DNA of 64,000 bases from an uncultured Alistipes sp. (GTDB lineage Bacteria; Bacteroidota; Bacteroidia; Bacteroidales; Rikenellaceae): the NCBI GenBank assembly GCA_944323075.1, contig CALURC010000016.1:711446-775445 (forward strand), read 5' to 3'. The notes under the pieces are model-generated. The model saw only the letters and a list, made by a program, of their open reading frames with translations. It had not been told where the DNA came from and searched no databases. The stretch's first letter is position 1. Every line of letters begins with the position of its first letter. Below, piece by piece: positions 9,831-19,817 of this stretch. Both the position numbers and the translations under genes were made by a program.

Positions 9831-11000
9831 TTAAATTAATATCGGTAAATTTTTCCCAAAACAAAACTGATAACGAATACAATCTGTATGATTACCAGCA
9901 TCAGCATATATTTGTACGAGAAGATGCATTACAAATAAAAGAACAAACACAGCCCCCACCAAATCACCATTCTTTGTTTTATGTATTTTAAACAAATAGA
10001 AAAGAAAAAAAGAACCAACAATCACTCTAAATATATGAAAATAAGCAGTTACACGACTAAGCACCAAACTACTCATAAATAAAGGTTCAATAACAAAAAA
10101 AATAACATACATAATATATACAAAGCCAAATTTTTTTGACGGAAATACACTGTGTAATTTTTTTGACGAGAATATCAAACAAATATCAACAATAAGCATA
10201 AGGATCCTCCTTACTCCAAAATTCATTTCACGTCCTTCAAGACTATTTAAAGTATTTGCATCAAACCGATCATATCCAATAGCAGCGGAAATAATATCTA
10301 CATACTTTAATAAATATTCCCATATGGACATTTGAGACAAAAATAAGGCTGCAAAAAATAGGGACAATTGAAGCCAACGTGGAATAAAGAATTTTTCTAG
10401 ATTAAAAAAATACAACAAACAGAATGGCAGCAAAAACACAGCACTTGTATGTATAAATGATAATAATAATATCATACATATATACAATAGCACTCTACGT
10501 CTTTCTATTGTTAAAGAAACTACAAATAAGAAAGCTGTACATACCAAAGCTTGTCTCATTCCGTTCATCCAAAAGAAATAATCTCCGCCACACATTATCA
10601 AAACCAACAAATATGGTAAGATATATAATTCTTTACGAAATGAATTTACACAAAAGAATAATTGCATAAAGGCGACAAGTCCAAAATATATCGTAAAATG
10701 AGCACCTAATTCAGCCAAAAAAAGTTGCAAGTACACATACCCAATCTCCATATCCTCCCTATCGAGACTACCATACTTACATATTGATGAATAATCTTCG
10801 AGATAACTTAAATGATCTATACCGACATCCCATCTAACAGCGGAAAAAAAAGTAAACACTATTACCCCAATCCATATACTCCAATTATATAACGGGGTAA
10901 CATTGGCTGTAATTCTATTATTAATTGACAACACTCGTATTTGAAAGGTCTGATATAGTGTGACAATCATAAAACCATACACCAAGATGCTTTGTAACAT
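9831..11000 (-). CDS. EpsG-family O-antigen/capsule polymerase (Wzy)
   Basis: Multi-TM protein with RWDVGIDHLSY, MRQAL, HTSAVF motifs. Confidence 0.85.
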   Translation of the reverse strand: MLQSILVYGFMIVTLYQTFQIRVLSINNRITANVTPLYNWSIWIGVIVFTFFSAVRWDVGIDHLSYLEDYSSICKYGSLDREDMEIGYVYLQLFLAELGAHFTIYFGLVAFMQLFFCVNSFRKELYILPYLLVLIMCGGDYFFWMNGMRQALVCTAFLFVVSLTIERRRVLLYICMILLLSFIHTSAVFLLPFCLLYFFNLEKFFIPRWLQLSLFFAALFLSQMSIWEYLLKYVDIISAAIGYDRFDANTLNSLEGREMNFGVRRILMLIVDICLIFSSKKLHSVFPSKKFGFVYIMYVIFFVIEPLFMSSLVLSRVTAYFHIFRVIVGSFFLFYLFKIHKTKNGDLVGAVFVLLFVMHLLVQIYADAGNHTDCIRYQFCFGKNLPILI

Positions 11001-11004
11001 AGCC

Positions 11005-11973
11005 TCATTTCTTAATCTTATAATACAGAATACGCAACAATCTATAGATTTTATACTTAATATATATCACACTTGGTATTATAAAAAAAATCTCGCTATC
11101 AAAATTAGACATTTTACTCAAAGAATTGATTCTTTTGATTGTCTTTTGAGCGACATATGTAAAACTCTTATCTCGTTCATCACACATTGAATACATCATA
11201 AAAAAACTATCTACGAACAAGTTATACATATATTTAATCACACTATGCCGCACATTGATATTATTAATATTAATATATTCAATTATATTTTGAAATGCTA
11301 ACAAATCATCAATACAATGCTCTAACGAGCGTTTTGTATTCGTAGCTGAATTTTCGTTATATGTATATATATAACAAATATTATTCACTAGTTGTATATT
11401 ACTTTTTGTATGAAGTAGAACCTGTATTATAAATTGACGATCTTCTGAATACTTCAGGTTTTCATTGAAACGGATACTACCGACTAATGATTTCGCAAAA
11501 AAATATGAAACAGAACATGAACTGAAATATTCTTTTGTAAAAAATCGTTCAAGCGGAACTAATTTCGGCTGTTTAAATTCAAAGCAATTATATAGGCTTT
11601 TATCCGAAGTTTCTTTTTTAAACCCAAAATGAATAACCTCTGTACCTTGCTCCACAAAATTTAATGTCGCTAAATATCCATTTTCTATATAATCATCAGA
11701 GTCTACAAATGCAATCCATTCACCCCAAGCATTATCAAGACCAACGTTCCGAGCTGAGCTTACACCTCCATTCTTCTTATGAAATACTCTAATACGGCTA
11801 TCTTTTCTAGCATATCCGTCACAGATTTCTCCACTTTTATCTGGACTTCCATCATCTATCAAAAGAAGTTCAAAATCTTTGAATGTCTGAGCCAAAATGC
11901 TATCTACGCAGCGACATAGATACGCCTCAGCTTTATAAACAGGAACTATTACTGATATTTTTGGATTCAACAT
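11005..11973 (-). CDS. Glycosyltransferase family 2
   Basis: ISVIVPVYK, IDDGSPD, NGGVSSARNVG, FVDSDD. Confidence 0.95.
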   Translation of the reverse strand: MLNPKISVIVPVYKAEAYLCRCVDSILAQTFKDFELLLIDDGSPDKSGEICDGYARKDSRIRVFHKKNGGVSSARNVGLDNAWGEWIAFVDSDDYIENGYLATLNFVEQGTEVIHFGFKKETSDKSLYNCFEFKQPKLVPLERFFTKEYFSSCSVSYFFAKSLVGSIRFNENLKYSEDRQFIIQVLLHTKSNIQLVNNICYIYTYNENSATNTKRSLEHCIDDLLAFQNIIEYININNINVRHSVIKYMYNLFVDSFFMMYSMCDERDKSFTYVAQKTIKRINSLSKMSNFDSEIFFIIPSVIYIKYKIYRLLRILYYKIKK

Positions 11974-13093
11974 AATTATTCAACGCATTACTTAAAAAAT
12001 CATATGCTTTTTCTTTTGCTACTTTTCTACTTAAATTTATTCTTTCATAATCAATAGACGCTGTCACTAAAACATCAAGATCATCTTTGCTATCCGAAAA
12101 AATAAGCCTATTCTCCAGATTAAACATTTTCAATAAAGATGTAAAGCGGCTTAATCCTCTTTTTTGGTTGGCAATAGCAATAAATGGTTTGTTGAATATT
12201 ATCGAAAACACGGTCCCATGAAAAGAGTCTGTTATAATAAAATCAGCATCTTCAAAACCTTTCAACCATTCTGTAACAGATGGGAAAATACACTTTTTTA
12301 GTCCTTTCGATCCGACCTCTCTAAATTTACATTCTGGCATAACAGAGAAAGGCAGCAAATTCAACTTTGACGAAACATATTGCACAATCTGCTGTTTTTC
12401 AAAAGTCGTATCCAGAATATATATCATCAACTTCCCCTTATGTTTTTTTTCGTGCTCCTTACGAACTATCTTTAAATAATCTTCCTTATCAAGAAGCATT
12501 GTCGGATCAAGTAAATGTACAGAATTAACGCCTAAATAATCCTTACATAATATCACTCCAGAATCTTCCCTTACAGAAATTGCATCAAACATTTGAACCA
12601 ATCTAGAACATTCTCGTGTATCTTTCGGGGAGAACTCCCACTCATCTGTGCCAAATGATGCTGCATAAGCTAACCGTTTCACATCTTTTCCTTCCGTGAA
12701 ATCAAGAAAATAGTTCCTCAATCCATACGAATAACGGGGGCGCCACACTTGATCACTTCCTACAATATACGCTTCAAATCCATATTTTTCCAACACAATT
12801 TTTTGTTGTGAAAACACCGGCTCTGTTGTCGTAATATATTTCTTTATAAAAGAATCTGTATATTGTGATATTACTTTTCGTTCTTTTGAGTTTGGATAAT
12901 AAATATGACGTATTGGCCCCAGAACAATCTTTGTAAAATATTTTACATTCTGAAAAAGACTTTTCTTATTCTCTTTACGGTCTTCAGTCCACACCTCGTG
13001 GCCCATTCGTTTCAAAACAGTTTGCAAAGCATAAGCTTGAAGCAAGCCTCCATAATTATGACCTAGAGGTTGGGTCAATATACAAATCCGCAT
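11933..13093 (-). CDS. Polysaccharide pyruvyltransferase-family protein
   Basis: NYGGLLQAYAL, VGSDQVW, YAASFG, ISVRE, DPTML, TDSFHG. The 3' end overlaps the GT2 start by 41 nt. Confidence 0.9.
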   Translation of the reverse strand: MRICILTQPLGHNYGGLLQAYALQTVLKRMGHEVWTEDRKENKKSLFQNVKYFTKIVLGPIRHIYYPNSKERKVISQYTDSFIKKYITTTEPVFSQQKIVLEKYGFEAYIVGSDQVWRPRYSYGLRNYFLDFTEGKDVKRLAYAASFGTDEWEFSPKDTRECSRLVQMFDAISVREDSGVILCKDYLGVNSVHLLDPTMLLDKEDYLKIVRKEHEKKHKGKLMIYILDTTFEKQQIVQYVSSKLNLLPFSVMPECKFREVGSKGLKKCIFPSVTEWLKGFEDADFIITDSFHGTVFSIIFNKPFIAIANQKRGLSRFTSLLKMFNLENRLIFSDSKDDLDVLVTASIDYERINLSRKVAKEKAYDFLSNALNNYVESKNISNSSCL

Positions 13094-13101
13094 AACGATA
13101 C

Positions 13102-14847
13102 TTAATGGCTTTTCAATATCTTTTTGACAATCTTTTTTCCTGTTTCTCCCAATGCAGCTTTTGCCGTCTTCTTGAGTACTGAAACAACAGAATAATTTAT
13201 ATTATTCATTATTTTAATGGCTTCACTCTCATCATTGCTGTCAGTAAATACTTCGAAAATCATCGGACGATCTGTCAATTTCAACTCGACAAACCGATCT
13301 AACCCATGTAAATACTCATCTTTTGTACTCGCGGTCAAATATTCGAATCCCAAATCTTCTGCATAATGTTTAACTAAAGTAGGTGATTGATTTCCAAAAT
13401 GGCCGGCTGCTGCAATAAAACGATCTGCGTCATTCCCAAATGCAGCACCAGGATGCATATAATTCCGAAATTCGGTTCCCCTTCCATTGTTTACTAACAG
13501 AATTCGAACATTTCTTCCCACATGACGATTAGCAAGAACATTCATATCATAAAAGAATGCTAAATCTCCTACCACCCCAAAATAAAGACGATCAGAATGC
13601 GCCAATGATGCTCCAATAAGAGCAGAAACGCATCCATCTATTCCAAAACCTCCTGTATCGGAATAGCCATAAACATCATTCGGTATCTCAAAATAATTCC
13701 AACTTCGTAACGTATTAAGAATTCCTAAATGTAAAACGCTACCATGAGGCAAACGATGTGCGGTTTGAGATGCAATCCAAACATTCGAAAAGGGAAGCGA
13801 ATCGGGTATTTTTGCACGAATAGACAGTAACTCATCATTACACATCTTCCAATATGAATCTCTCGGCTCAGTAGATGGATCAATATAATGTTCAAAAAAA
13901 ACAGATTCTGACATCTCGAACACATAAGTTAGCTTCCGATATGTATCTCTTAACTCGCCATCAAGACTAACACGCCATACTGCATGTGGCCGCATTGAAA
14001 TATACCCTCCGGAAACCTCTCCTATATGAATCAACAGATCTATATCCAACAAGGAAGACATTGCTTTTTCTTGTGAAGACAAAATCGGAACAAGAACTTT
14101 ATATTTACCATTGTAACCACTCGTATGATCACACAAAACCACTGCATCATATGTCGCACAGAAATTATCCAGCAAGGAGGTATCACTCTTTGAAAATTTG
14201 ACGTGTGATCCTATAAAAATCGCAACTCTACCTTGCGGTATTTGAGGAAATTCGTCTTGAAGACACACCCTTTTTATCAACCGAGCTATAGGCAATTCTT
14301 TAACCGAATAATCCCTGCTATACGTCGTAGCCAGATTCAAATGTACAGGCCCCCCTCCCCTATGGCGCAATTCAAGCAGGGCTCGATTAATTTTTACAGT
14401 ATTACTCCATTCATCATTCTCATCTCGCGTCACAGGAACATATTCACTTAATAACGCTATATCATTCTGTATTGAACTACGGTCTATCACTTGAGGAATA
14501 TAATGCCCGACTTTACTTACATCCTGTGTACTAGTCACTGCCAGTACCGGCAATTTGCGATAGAAAGCTTCTGTCAATCCCGAAACATAATTTCGAGACG
14601 CCGTAGCCCCAGTACATGTCAGGACCACAGGCTCTCCGGATTCCGCAGCCAAACCACACGCCAAATATGCAGCACTACGCTCATCGACACTGGAATACAT
14701 TTCGAAAAAACCATCCTGCTGTAAACTTGCTACAAACGACAAATTTGTCGTTCCTGGCGATGCAATTATCTTCTTTATATTATATTGTTTAAGCAATGAG
14801 ATTAGCAATTGCACACTACGCTCATTAGTATAATATTTTCCTTCCAT
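13102..14847 (-). CDS. MenD-like thiamine-diphosphate-dependent enzyme (polysaccharide-locus type)
   Basis: SPGTTN, VDERSAAYLACGLA, TCTGATA, GGPVHLN, GFGIDG, ThDP motif GDLAFFYD...NN. Confidence 0.85.
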   Translation of the reverse strand: MEGKYYTNERSVQLLISLLKQYNIKKIIASPGTTNLSFVASLQQDGFFEMYSSVDERSAAYLACGLAAESGEPVVLTCTGATASRNYVSGLTEAFYRKLPVLAVTSTQDVSKVGHYIPQVIDRSSIQNDIALLSEYVPVTRDENDEWSNTVKINRALLELRHRGGGPVHLNLATTYSRDYSVKELPIARLIKRVCLQDEFPQIPQGRVAIFIGSHVKFSKSDTSLLDNFCATYDAVVLCDHTSGYNGKYKVLVPILSSQEKAMSSLLDIDLLIHIGEVSGGYISMRPHAVWRVSLDGELRDTYRKLTYVFEMSESVFFEHYIDPSTEPRDSYWKMCNDELLSIRAKIPDSLPFSNVWIASQTAHRLPHGSVLHLGILNTLRSWNYFEIPNDVYGYSDTGGFGIDGCVSALIGASLAHSDRLYFGVVGDLAFFYDMNVLANRHVGRNVRILLVNNGRGTEFRNYMHPGAAFGNDADRFIAAAGHFGNQSPTLVKHYAEDLGFEYLTASTKDEYLHGLDRFVELKLTDRPMIFEVFTDSNDESEAIKIMNNINYSVVSVLKKTAKAALGETGKKIVKKILKSH

Positions 14848-14858
14848 ATGTATTTATC

Positions 14859-15740
14859 TCAGAATGAATAATCCATATCTTCATATGTAATAAGCCCTGC
14901 ACCTCCTGTCATATAAACGATATCCCCAACAATAGTTTTCCCCATAGTACTTGTCAAAATCACAGCCATATTCGCAATCTCTTCAGGCAATGCATAACGT
15001 CCTATCGGATTTCCATTGTTCGTTATATTCTCCGTATCATCTCCCAACAACATTGGTGTAGCCGTTGGACCGGGTGCAAGTCCATTTACTGTAATTCCAT
15101 AAGGAGATAATGCCTTTGCCAACCCCAGAGTCAAACCACGTATTCCCCACTTAGACAATGTATAAGCAGAAATAGCCGGACGTAATGCAGAAGATGAAGC
15201 AATATTAAGAATATTTCCTTCAACATGGTTATCTTTCATATATCTTCCGACCAATTGAGATAAGAAGAAAGCTCCTTTTAAATTAGTATTTATAACCTTG
15301 TCAAAATCTTTTTCTTGTGCATTAGAAATATTTGCGCCTAAAATCCCCGCATTATTCACTAGAATATCAATACAATCCCGTTTCGCCGACTTCACTAAAT
15401 TTAGAGCCTGTTCAAAACAATTTTTAAATGAAGAAACAGAAGTGTTATCCATGGCAACACCAAACACCCGATTATCATACACGTGATCTTCATTCAGTCT
15501 ATCACACGTTTGTTGCACTTTTACATTATCTCTACCTGTAATAATAACTGTTGCTCCGCTCCGTAAAAACGCTTGAGCTATACAATACCCTATTCCACTA
15601 GTTCCTCCTGTTATAAATGCCGTACGATCTTTTAAAAGTTCATTTGGCGCAAGATTCACAATCTGTATCTTGAATTTTTTCGCAGGAATACTATTAAGAG
15701 TAAACTTAATCGCGGATTTGATTTTACTTTTAAATGACAT
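14859..15740 (-). CDS. SDR oxidoreductase
   Basis: TGGTSGIG, VNNAG, NIASS, YTLSK, PGPTATPM. Confidence 0.9.
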   Translation of the reverse strand: MSFKSKIKSAIKFTLNSIPAKKFKIQIVNLAPNELLKDRTAFITGGTSGIGYCIAQAFLRSGATVIITGRDNVKVQQTCDRLNEDHVYDNRVFGVAMDNTSVSSFKNCFEQALNLVKSAKRDCIDILVNNAGILGANISNAQEKDFDKVINTNLKGAFFLSQLVGRYMKDNHVEGNILNIASSSALRPAISAYTLSKWGIRGLTLGLAKALSPYGITVNGLAPGPTATPMLLGDDTENITNNGNPIGRYALPEEIANMAVILTSTMGKTIVGDIVYMTGGAGLITYEDMDYSF

Positions 15741-15767
15741 CTTTCAAGAATTTGGACTCCATATTTA

Positions 15768-17300
15768 TCAATTACGAGATATAACAGGTTTCAATACCTT
15801 TTTTAACGGTTCTACAAAAAGATTCCGCTCGTATTCATTCATTGAAAAAAACCATATACATGGCAAATAAACAACACAAAACAGCATTGCGACCATAATA
15901 AAATTTCTCATTCGCGACATATCTATATCAGTCAACGAAAGCAATAATCCACACAAAACACACAACAAAATAGGAGCAATACTCATTTTGCTAATTTCAA
16001 GCCAAAATAGTTTAATATCGATATGCTGTTTTTTCTGATAATATACATTCATAATAACATGCTGCACAATAATAGCAAACGATGTGGCTGCAGCACAACC
16101 GACTCCTCCCCATATCATCGCAGCAGGAATAGACAGAAATAAACTTCCCACCGACACCACCAAATATAATACTGACCGAAATTTCATCTCATTCCGTGCC
16201 ATAAGAATCGTTATACCCATATTTTGAATCAAAGCCACTAACGTAACAACAAAAAACATCAACGAAATTACGTATGTATCTTCATATCCTTCGCCTGCCC
16301 AAAATCGAATAAACTGACGACCAAATAGGATAAATGCACTTAATATGAACGCCATGATAATATATTGAATGCGCCCTATTTTAACAAAAAGATCCGATAT
16401 CTCCTTGTCAGACTTTTGTTTAGTAACCAATGTCGTAACACGAGGTAAGAAAACGCCTGTAATCGCTGATGAAAACGCCATATACATATGTTCCAATTGA
16501 ACAGCTAAAGCATATACTGCCACTGCCGTCGTTCCCACCACAGCACCCAAAACGAACTGTCCCGTACTCCAATATACACGATCCATTATCACATTTAGAA
16601 ATATCCATATCGAATAAACCGTCACTTCTTTTAAAAAATCCCATTTAAAACGTCTAAAACGAAGTTTTACATCAAGTTTCCGATAGCAATAAATACAATT
16701 TATAATAAGCGTCGCAACATTGAATAGCGTCGTAACTACAACCAAAGCTATTACTTTATAACCCATTAATAACAGTACAATCATCACTAATGGATTAAGT
16801 ATTGTCCGAACTATATTGACTAATTTCTGAAATACAAAATTTTCATAAGCTGTAATTATAGACCCCCAAATACTCATGGGGAACGTAAACGCCAAATTAA
16901 AAGCCATTAAAATGAGAATAATTCTCATTTTCAGAACTTCGTCCTCAGTCATTTTCGCTGAAAAAATAGCATCTGTATTGAATGCTAACACCATAGCAAG
17001 TATAAATGCAATTAGACTTATACCCAAATACAACAGAAAGAACATTCCGAACATCTCGTATTGTTCTTCTTTTCGATCTTCGGCCCGAAATTTAGCTGTA
17101 TAACGTATAATTGCATTTCCAAACCCTAAATCAAGTACAGTCAAATAAGCAATTACTGATGCAGCCAACGAATAAAGCCCATATTCAGACTGCCCTAACA
17201 TTCTAAGCAAAAACGGTGTATATAACAGCCCGATCAAAGTATTTAAACCGATCAGTACATACGATAAAACTGTTCCTGCTTTCAATTGATTAATTGCCAT
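15768..17300 (-). CDS. Wzx-type oligosaccharide flippase
   Basis: 510 aa multi-TM protein; LGQSEYGLYSL, LDLGFGNAIIRY. Confidence 0.9.
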   Translation of the reverse strand: MAINQLKAGTVLSYVLIGLNTLIGLLYTPFLLRMLGQSEYGLYSLAASVIAYLTVLDLGFGNAIIRYTAKFRAEDRKEEQYEMFGMFFLLYLGISLIAFILAMVLAFNTDAIFSAKMTEDEVLKMRIILILMAFNLAFTFPMSIWGSIITAYENFVFQKLVNIVRTILNPLVMIVLLLMGYKVIALVVVTTLFNVATLIINCIYCYRKLDVKLRFRRFKWDFLKEVTVYSIWIFLNVIMDRVYWSTGQFVLGAVVGTTAVAVYALAVQLEHMYMAFSSAITGVFLPRVTTLVTKQKSDKEISDLFVKIGRIQYIIMAFILSAFILFGRQFIRFWAGEGYEDTYVISLMFFVVTLVALIQNMGITILMARNEMKFRSVLYLVVSVGSLFLSIPAAMIWGGVGCAAATSFAIIVQHVIMNVYYQKKQHIDIKLFWLEISKMSIAPILLCVLCGLLLSLTDIDMSRMRNFIMVAMLFCVVYLPCIWFFSMNEYERNLFVEPLKKVLKPVISRN

Positions 17301-17367
17301 TATATTTCGAATTTTATATCAGTCGACCGAACATTTCTTCGAAATGCAATTTTTTTTTACAAAAAAC

Positions 17368-18360
17368 TCATCTGAATCCCAAATATTTTACAGAAACCAA
17401 TGGCATCATTTTTTTTACAATTAATATTCCTATAGACGTAATTACAATAACGCAAAGCCACTTAACACCCCATGACAATTCTACAGGTATAACATGTGAT
17501 ATAAAAATGATTACATAACAATGGATTAAATATATTCCGTACGAAATTCCGCCAATTTTTTGAAAAATTTGTAAGCATCTTGATTTTCGTTCATACCAAA
17601 GCTCTAATCGTTTAGAAAACAACAGAACTATGACTGCTGCCGAATATGGTAAAAATGAAATTTTGTTACCGTAACCCACACCATGGAAGCCTATCAAAAA
17701 TTTTGTTTCCAGATATTCCAACAACAATCCTATAATACAAAAGAACACGGGCCATACAAGACTATAATTCCGGTCCTTTTGCCCTAAATACATACCTAAT
17801 ATAAAATAAAAACACAATAATGGGAAAGGACCTGCATATACAGTCAATGGAATTGGATAGTTTTTAATCGCTAAAAGATATGTCGTCAATACGGCCGAAA
17901 CTAAAGAAATGACCAATGAGATTATCAACATATGCGATATATTACGTCTTTTTAAATAAGGTAAAAAAATATATAATTGAATAATTAATATAACAAAATA
18001 ATAAACACTGAAACCACAAAGAAACAATCTCACCACATTCGTAATAAGATTTTGCTCTTGATTAATCAACGCAAATAGAAATAATGGTAACGACCAAATA
18101 AAACAAGGTATATATATTGCAGGTATCTGTTTCTTCCAAAAAACTATTCTATCACTGTTGACATCAAACTGTTTCTGGCCTAAAAAAAAACCAGAGATTG
18201 CAAGAAATAAAGGGACTGCACAATTAATCATTTGACGAATTACAATCTCCATATTTCCACTTATACTGCCGAATGTACTTTGGGGAAAAGTATGTATTCC
18301 AACAACCATAAGCACTGCTACCCCCCTTAAAAAATCAAAATATGTTATCCTTTTTGTCAT
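17368..18360 (-). CDS. Acyltransferase-3 (OafA-like) membrane acyltransferase
   Basis: DFLRGVAVLMVVGIH, AVPLFLAISGF, SYGIYLIH. Confidence 0.88.
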   Translation of the reverse strand: MTKRITYFDFLRGVAVLMVVGIHTFPQSTFGSISGNMEIVIRQMINCAVPLFLAISGFFLGQKQFDVNSDRIVFWKKQIPAIYIPCFIWSLPLFLFALINQEQNLITNVVRLFLCGFSVYYFVILIIQLYIFLPYLKRRNISHMLIISLVISLVSAVLTTYLLAIKNYPIPLTVYAGPFPLLCFYFILGMYLGQKDRNYSLVWPVFFCIIGLLLEYLETKFLIGFHGVGYGNKISFLPYSAAVIVLLFSKRLELWYERKSRCLQIFQKIGGISYGIYLIHCYVIIFISHVIPVELSWGVKWLCVIVITSIGILIVKKMMPLVSVKYLGFR

Positions 18361-18368
18361 TTTTTATT

Positions 18369-19583
18369 TTACTGAACAACGTCTTTATAAATACCGCAAA
18401 AATCCAAAATTACTTTGCTTTCATCCAACGGCAATGTCTTAAAAGGATCATGTGCGACAAGGAAAACTACAATATCAGCTCGACTGTATGCCTCTTGATA
18501 ATCAGTTAATTTAAACACCTGATGTTCTTTAATATTTGGCTCCACGATTAAAATATCCGCATTGTTACAACCTTGCATCACTTTAGACACAATATATTTG
18601 GCAGGGCTTTCCCGCAAATCATCTATATTTGGTTTAAATGCCAATCCCATCATTGCCACTTTCGGTTTACGATGAGTCTTCAACTCAAACTGCAACATCG
18701 CATTCTTCACCTTTTCCACACACCAGAATGATTTGTAATTATTTATTCCTCTTGATGTTGCAATCAATTTTGATTCTGCAGGAAAATCCGCTGTAATAAA
18801 ATATGGATCGACCGCTATACAATGTCCTCCGACACCACATCCCGGTTGCAGTATATTTACACGTGGATGCTTGTTTGCAAGTCGAATAAGTTCCCAGACG
18901 TTTATACCTGCTTTATCACAAATAATAGAAAGTTCATTTGCAAAGGCAATCTGCACATCTCGACTCGAGTTCTCCGTCAATTTGCACATTTCTGCCGTAC
19001 GTGCATTGGTTTTATGTAATGTACCCTGCACAAACTGCGAATAAAATTCAATAGCCTTATCCGTAGACTCAGAGTTTATTCCTCCAATCACGCGATCATT
19101 ATGTACAAGTTCATAAATGACATTTCCCGGCAAGACTCGCTCTGGACAATAAGCAATATAGAGCTTATCTTTCAATTCTGGACGCTCTGCATAAATAATT
19201 TCGGTCATTGCCTCTGTTGTTCCGACCGGAGATGTAGACTCTATAACAAACAGATCTCCGGGCTTCAAATACGGTATTACTGAACGAGTTGCTGCTTCCA
19301 CATATGAAACATCAGGTTCATGATCGCCTTTAAATGGCGTCGGTACTACTATAAAATAAGCATCACTTTCTTCCGGTGTGGTTTTTGCATACAACATTCC
19401 GTTTTGCACAACCTCGCGCAACAGATCTTCCATGCCTGGCTCAATAATATGCAATTCCCCGGCATTTGTTTTTGCAACAACCTGCTCATTTATATCGACT
19501 CCTACAATCTGAATTCCATGTTTGGCGGCAATAATAGATGTGGGTAATCCGATGTACCCCAACCCCATAAAACAAGCTTTCAT
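18369..19583 (-). CDS. wecC: UDP-N-acetyl-D-mannosamine dehydrogenase
   Basis: GLGYIGLP, ESTSPVG, YCPERVLPG, KLTENSSRD, GVGGHCI, FKPNIDDLRESP. Confidence 0.96.
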   Translation of the reverse strand: MKACFMGLGYIGLPTSIIAAKHGIQIVGVDINEQVVAKTNAGELHIIEPGMEDLLREVVQNGMLYAKTTPEESDAYFIVVPTPFKGDHEPDVSYVEAATRSVIPYLKPGDLFVIESTSPVGTTEAMTEIIYAERPELKDKLYIAYCPERVLPGNVIYELVHNDRVIGGINSESTDKAIEFYSQFVQGTLHKTNARTAEMCKLTENSSRDVQIAFANELSIICDKAGINVWELIRLANKHPRVNILQPGCGVGGHCIAVDPYFITADFPAESKLIATSRGINNYKSFWCVEKVKNAMLQFELKTHRKPKVAMMGLAFKPNIDDLRESPAKYIVSKVMQGCNNADILIVEPNIKEHQVFKLTDYQEAYSRADIVVFLVAHDPFKTLPLDESKVILDFCGIYKDVVQ

Positions 19584-19709
19584 ATTTAGTTATTTGATTC
19601 TATTTATAATCTATCATAATATACCAGCTTTCTTCCATCTCTTCTATGTTAGGTATTGTTTTAAGGGACAATATCTAAACTTACTTTTCAACAAGCTGCT
19701 ATTAGACGG

Positions 19710-19742
19710 CAAAGTTACGTAATTATTTTCTTTTTCTACAAA
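19710..19742 (-). promoter_or_regulatory. Bacteroidota primary-sigma promoter of the polysaccharide locus
   Basis: On the minus strand, TTTG (19742-19739), 21-nt spacer, TAACTTTG (19717-19710); matches TTTG-N19-21-TAnnTTTG. Confidence 0.8.
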
Positions 19743-19817
19743 GGGCAAACTATCCACATATAAAATACTGCAAAGAAGAAATTAAACCTGTTGAATAACA
19801 TTACAAGAGCTTACCTA

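Noticed and set aside
13102-14847. Calling this gene menD of menaquinone synthesis
   Set aside because: It sits within a glycan locus with no menF/H/C/E/B, and an MqnE-like gene is present in the window.
19687-19795. Possible invertible promoter: TTCAACA (19687-19693) and TGTTGAA (19789-19795) flank the polysaccharide promoter
   Set aside because: Only 7 bp perfect (8/9), not extendable, in AT-rich DNA, and no recombinase nearby. Read mapping for mixed orientation would settle it.
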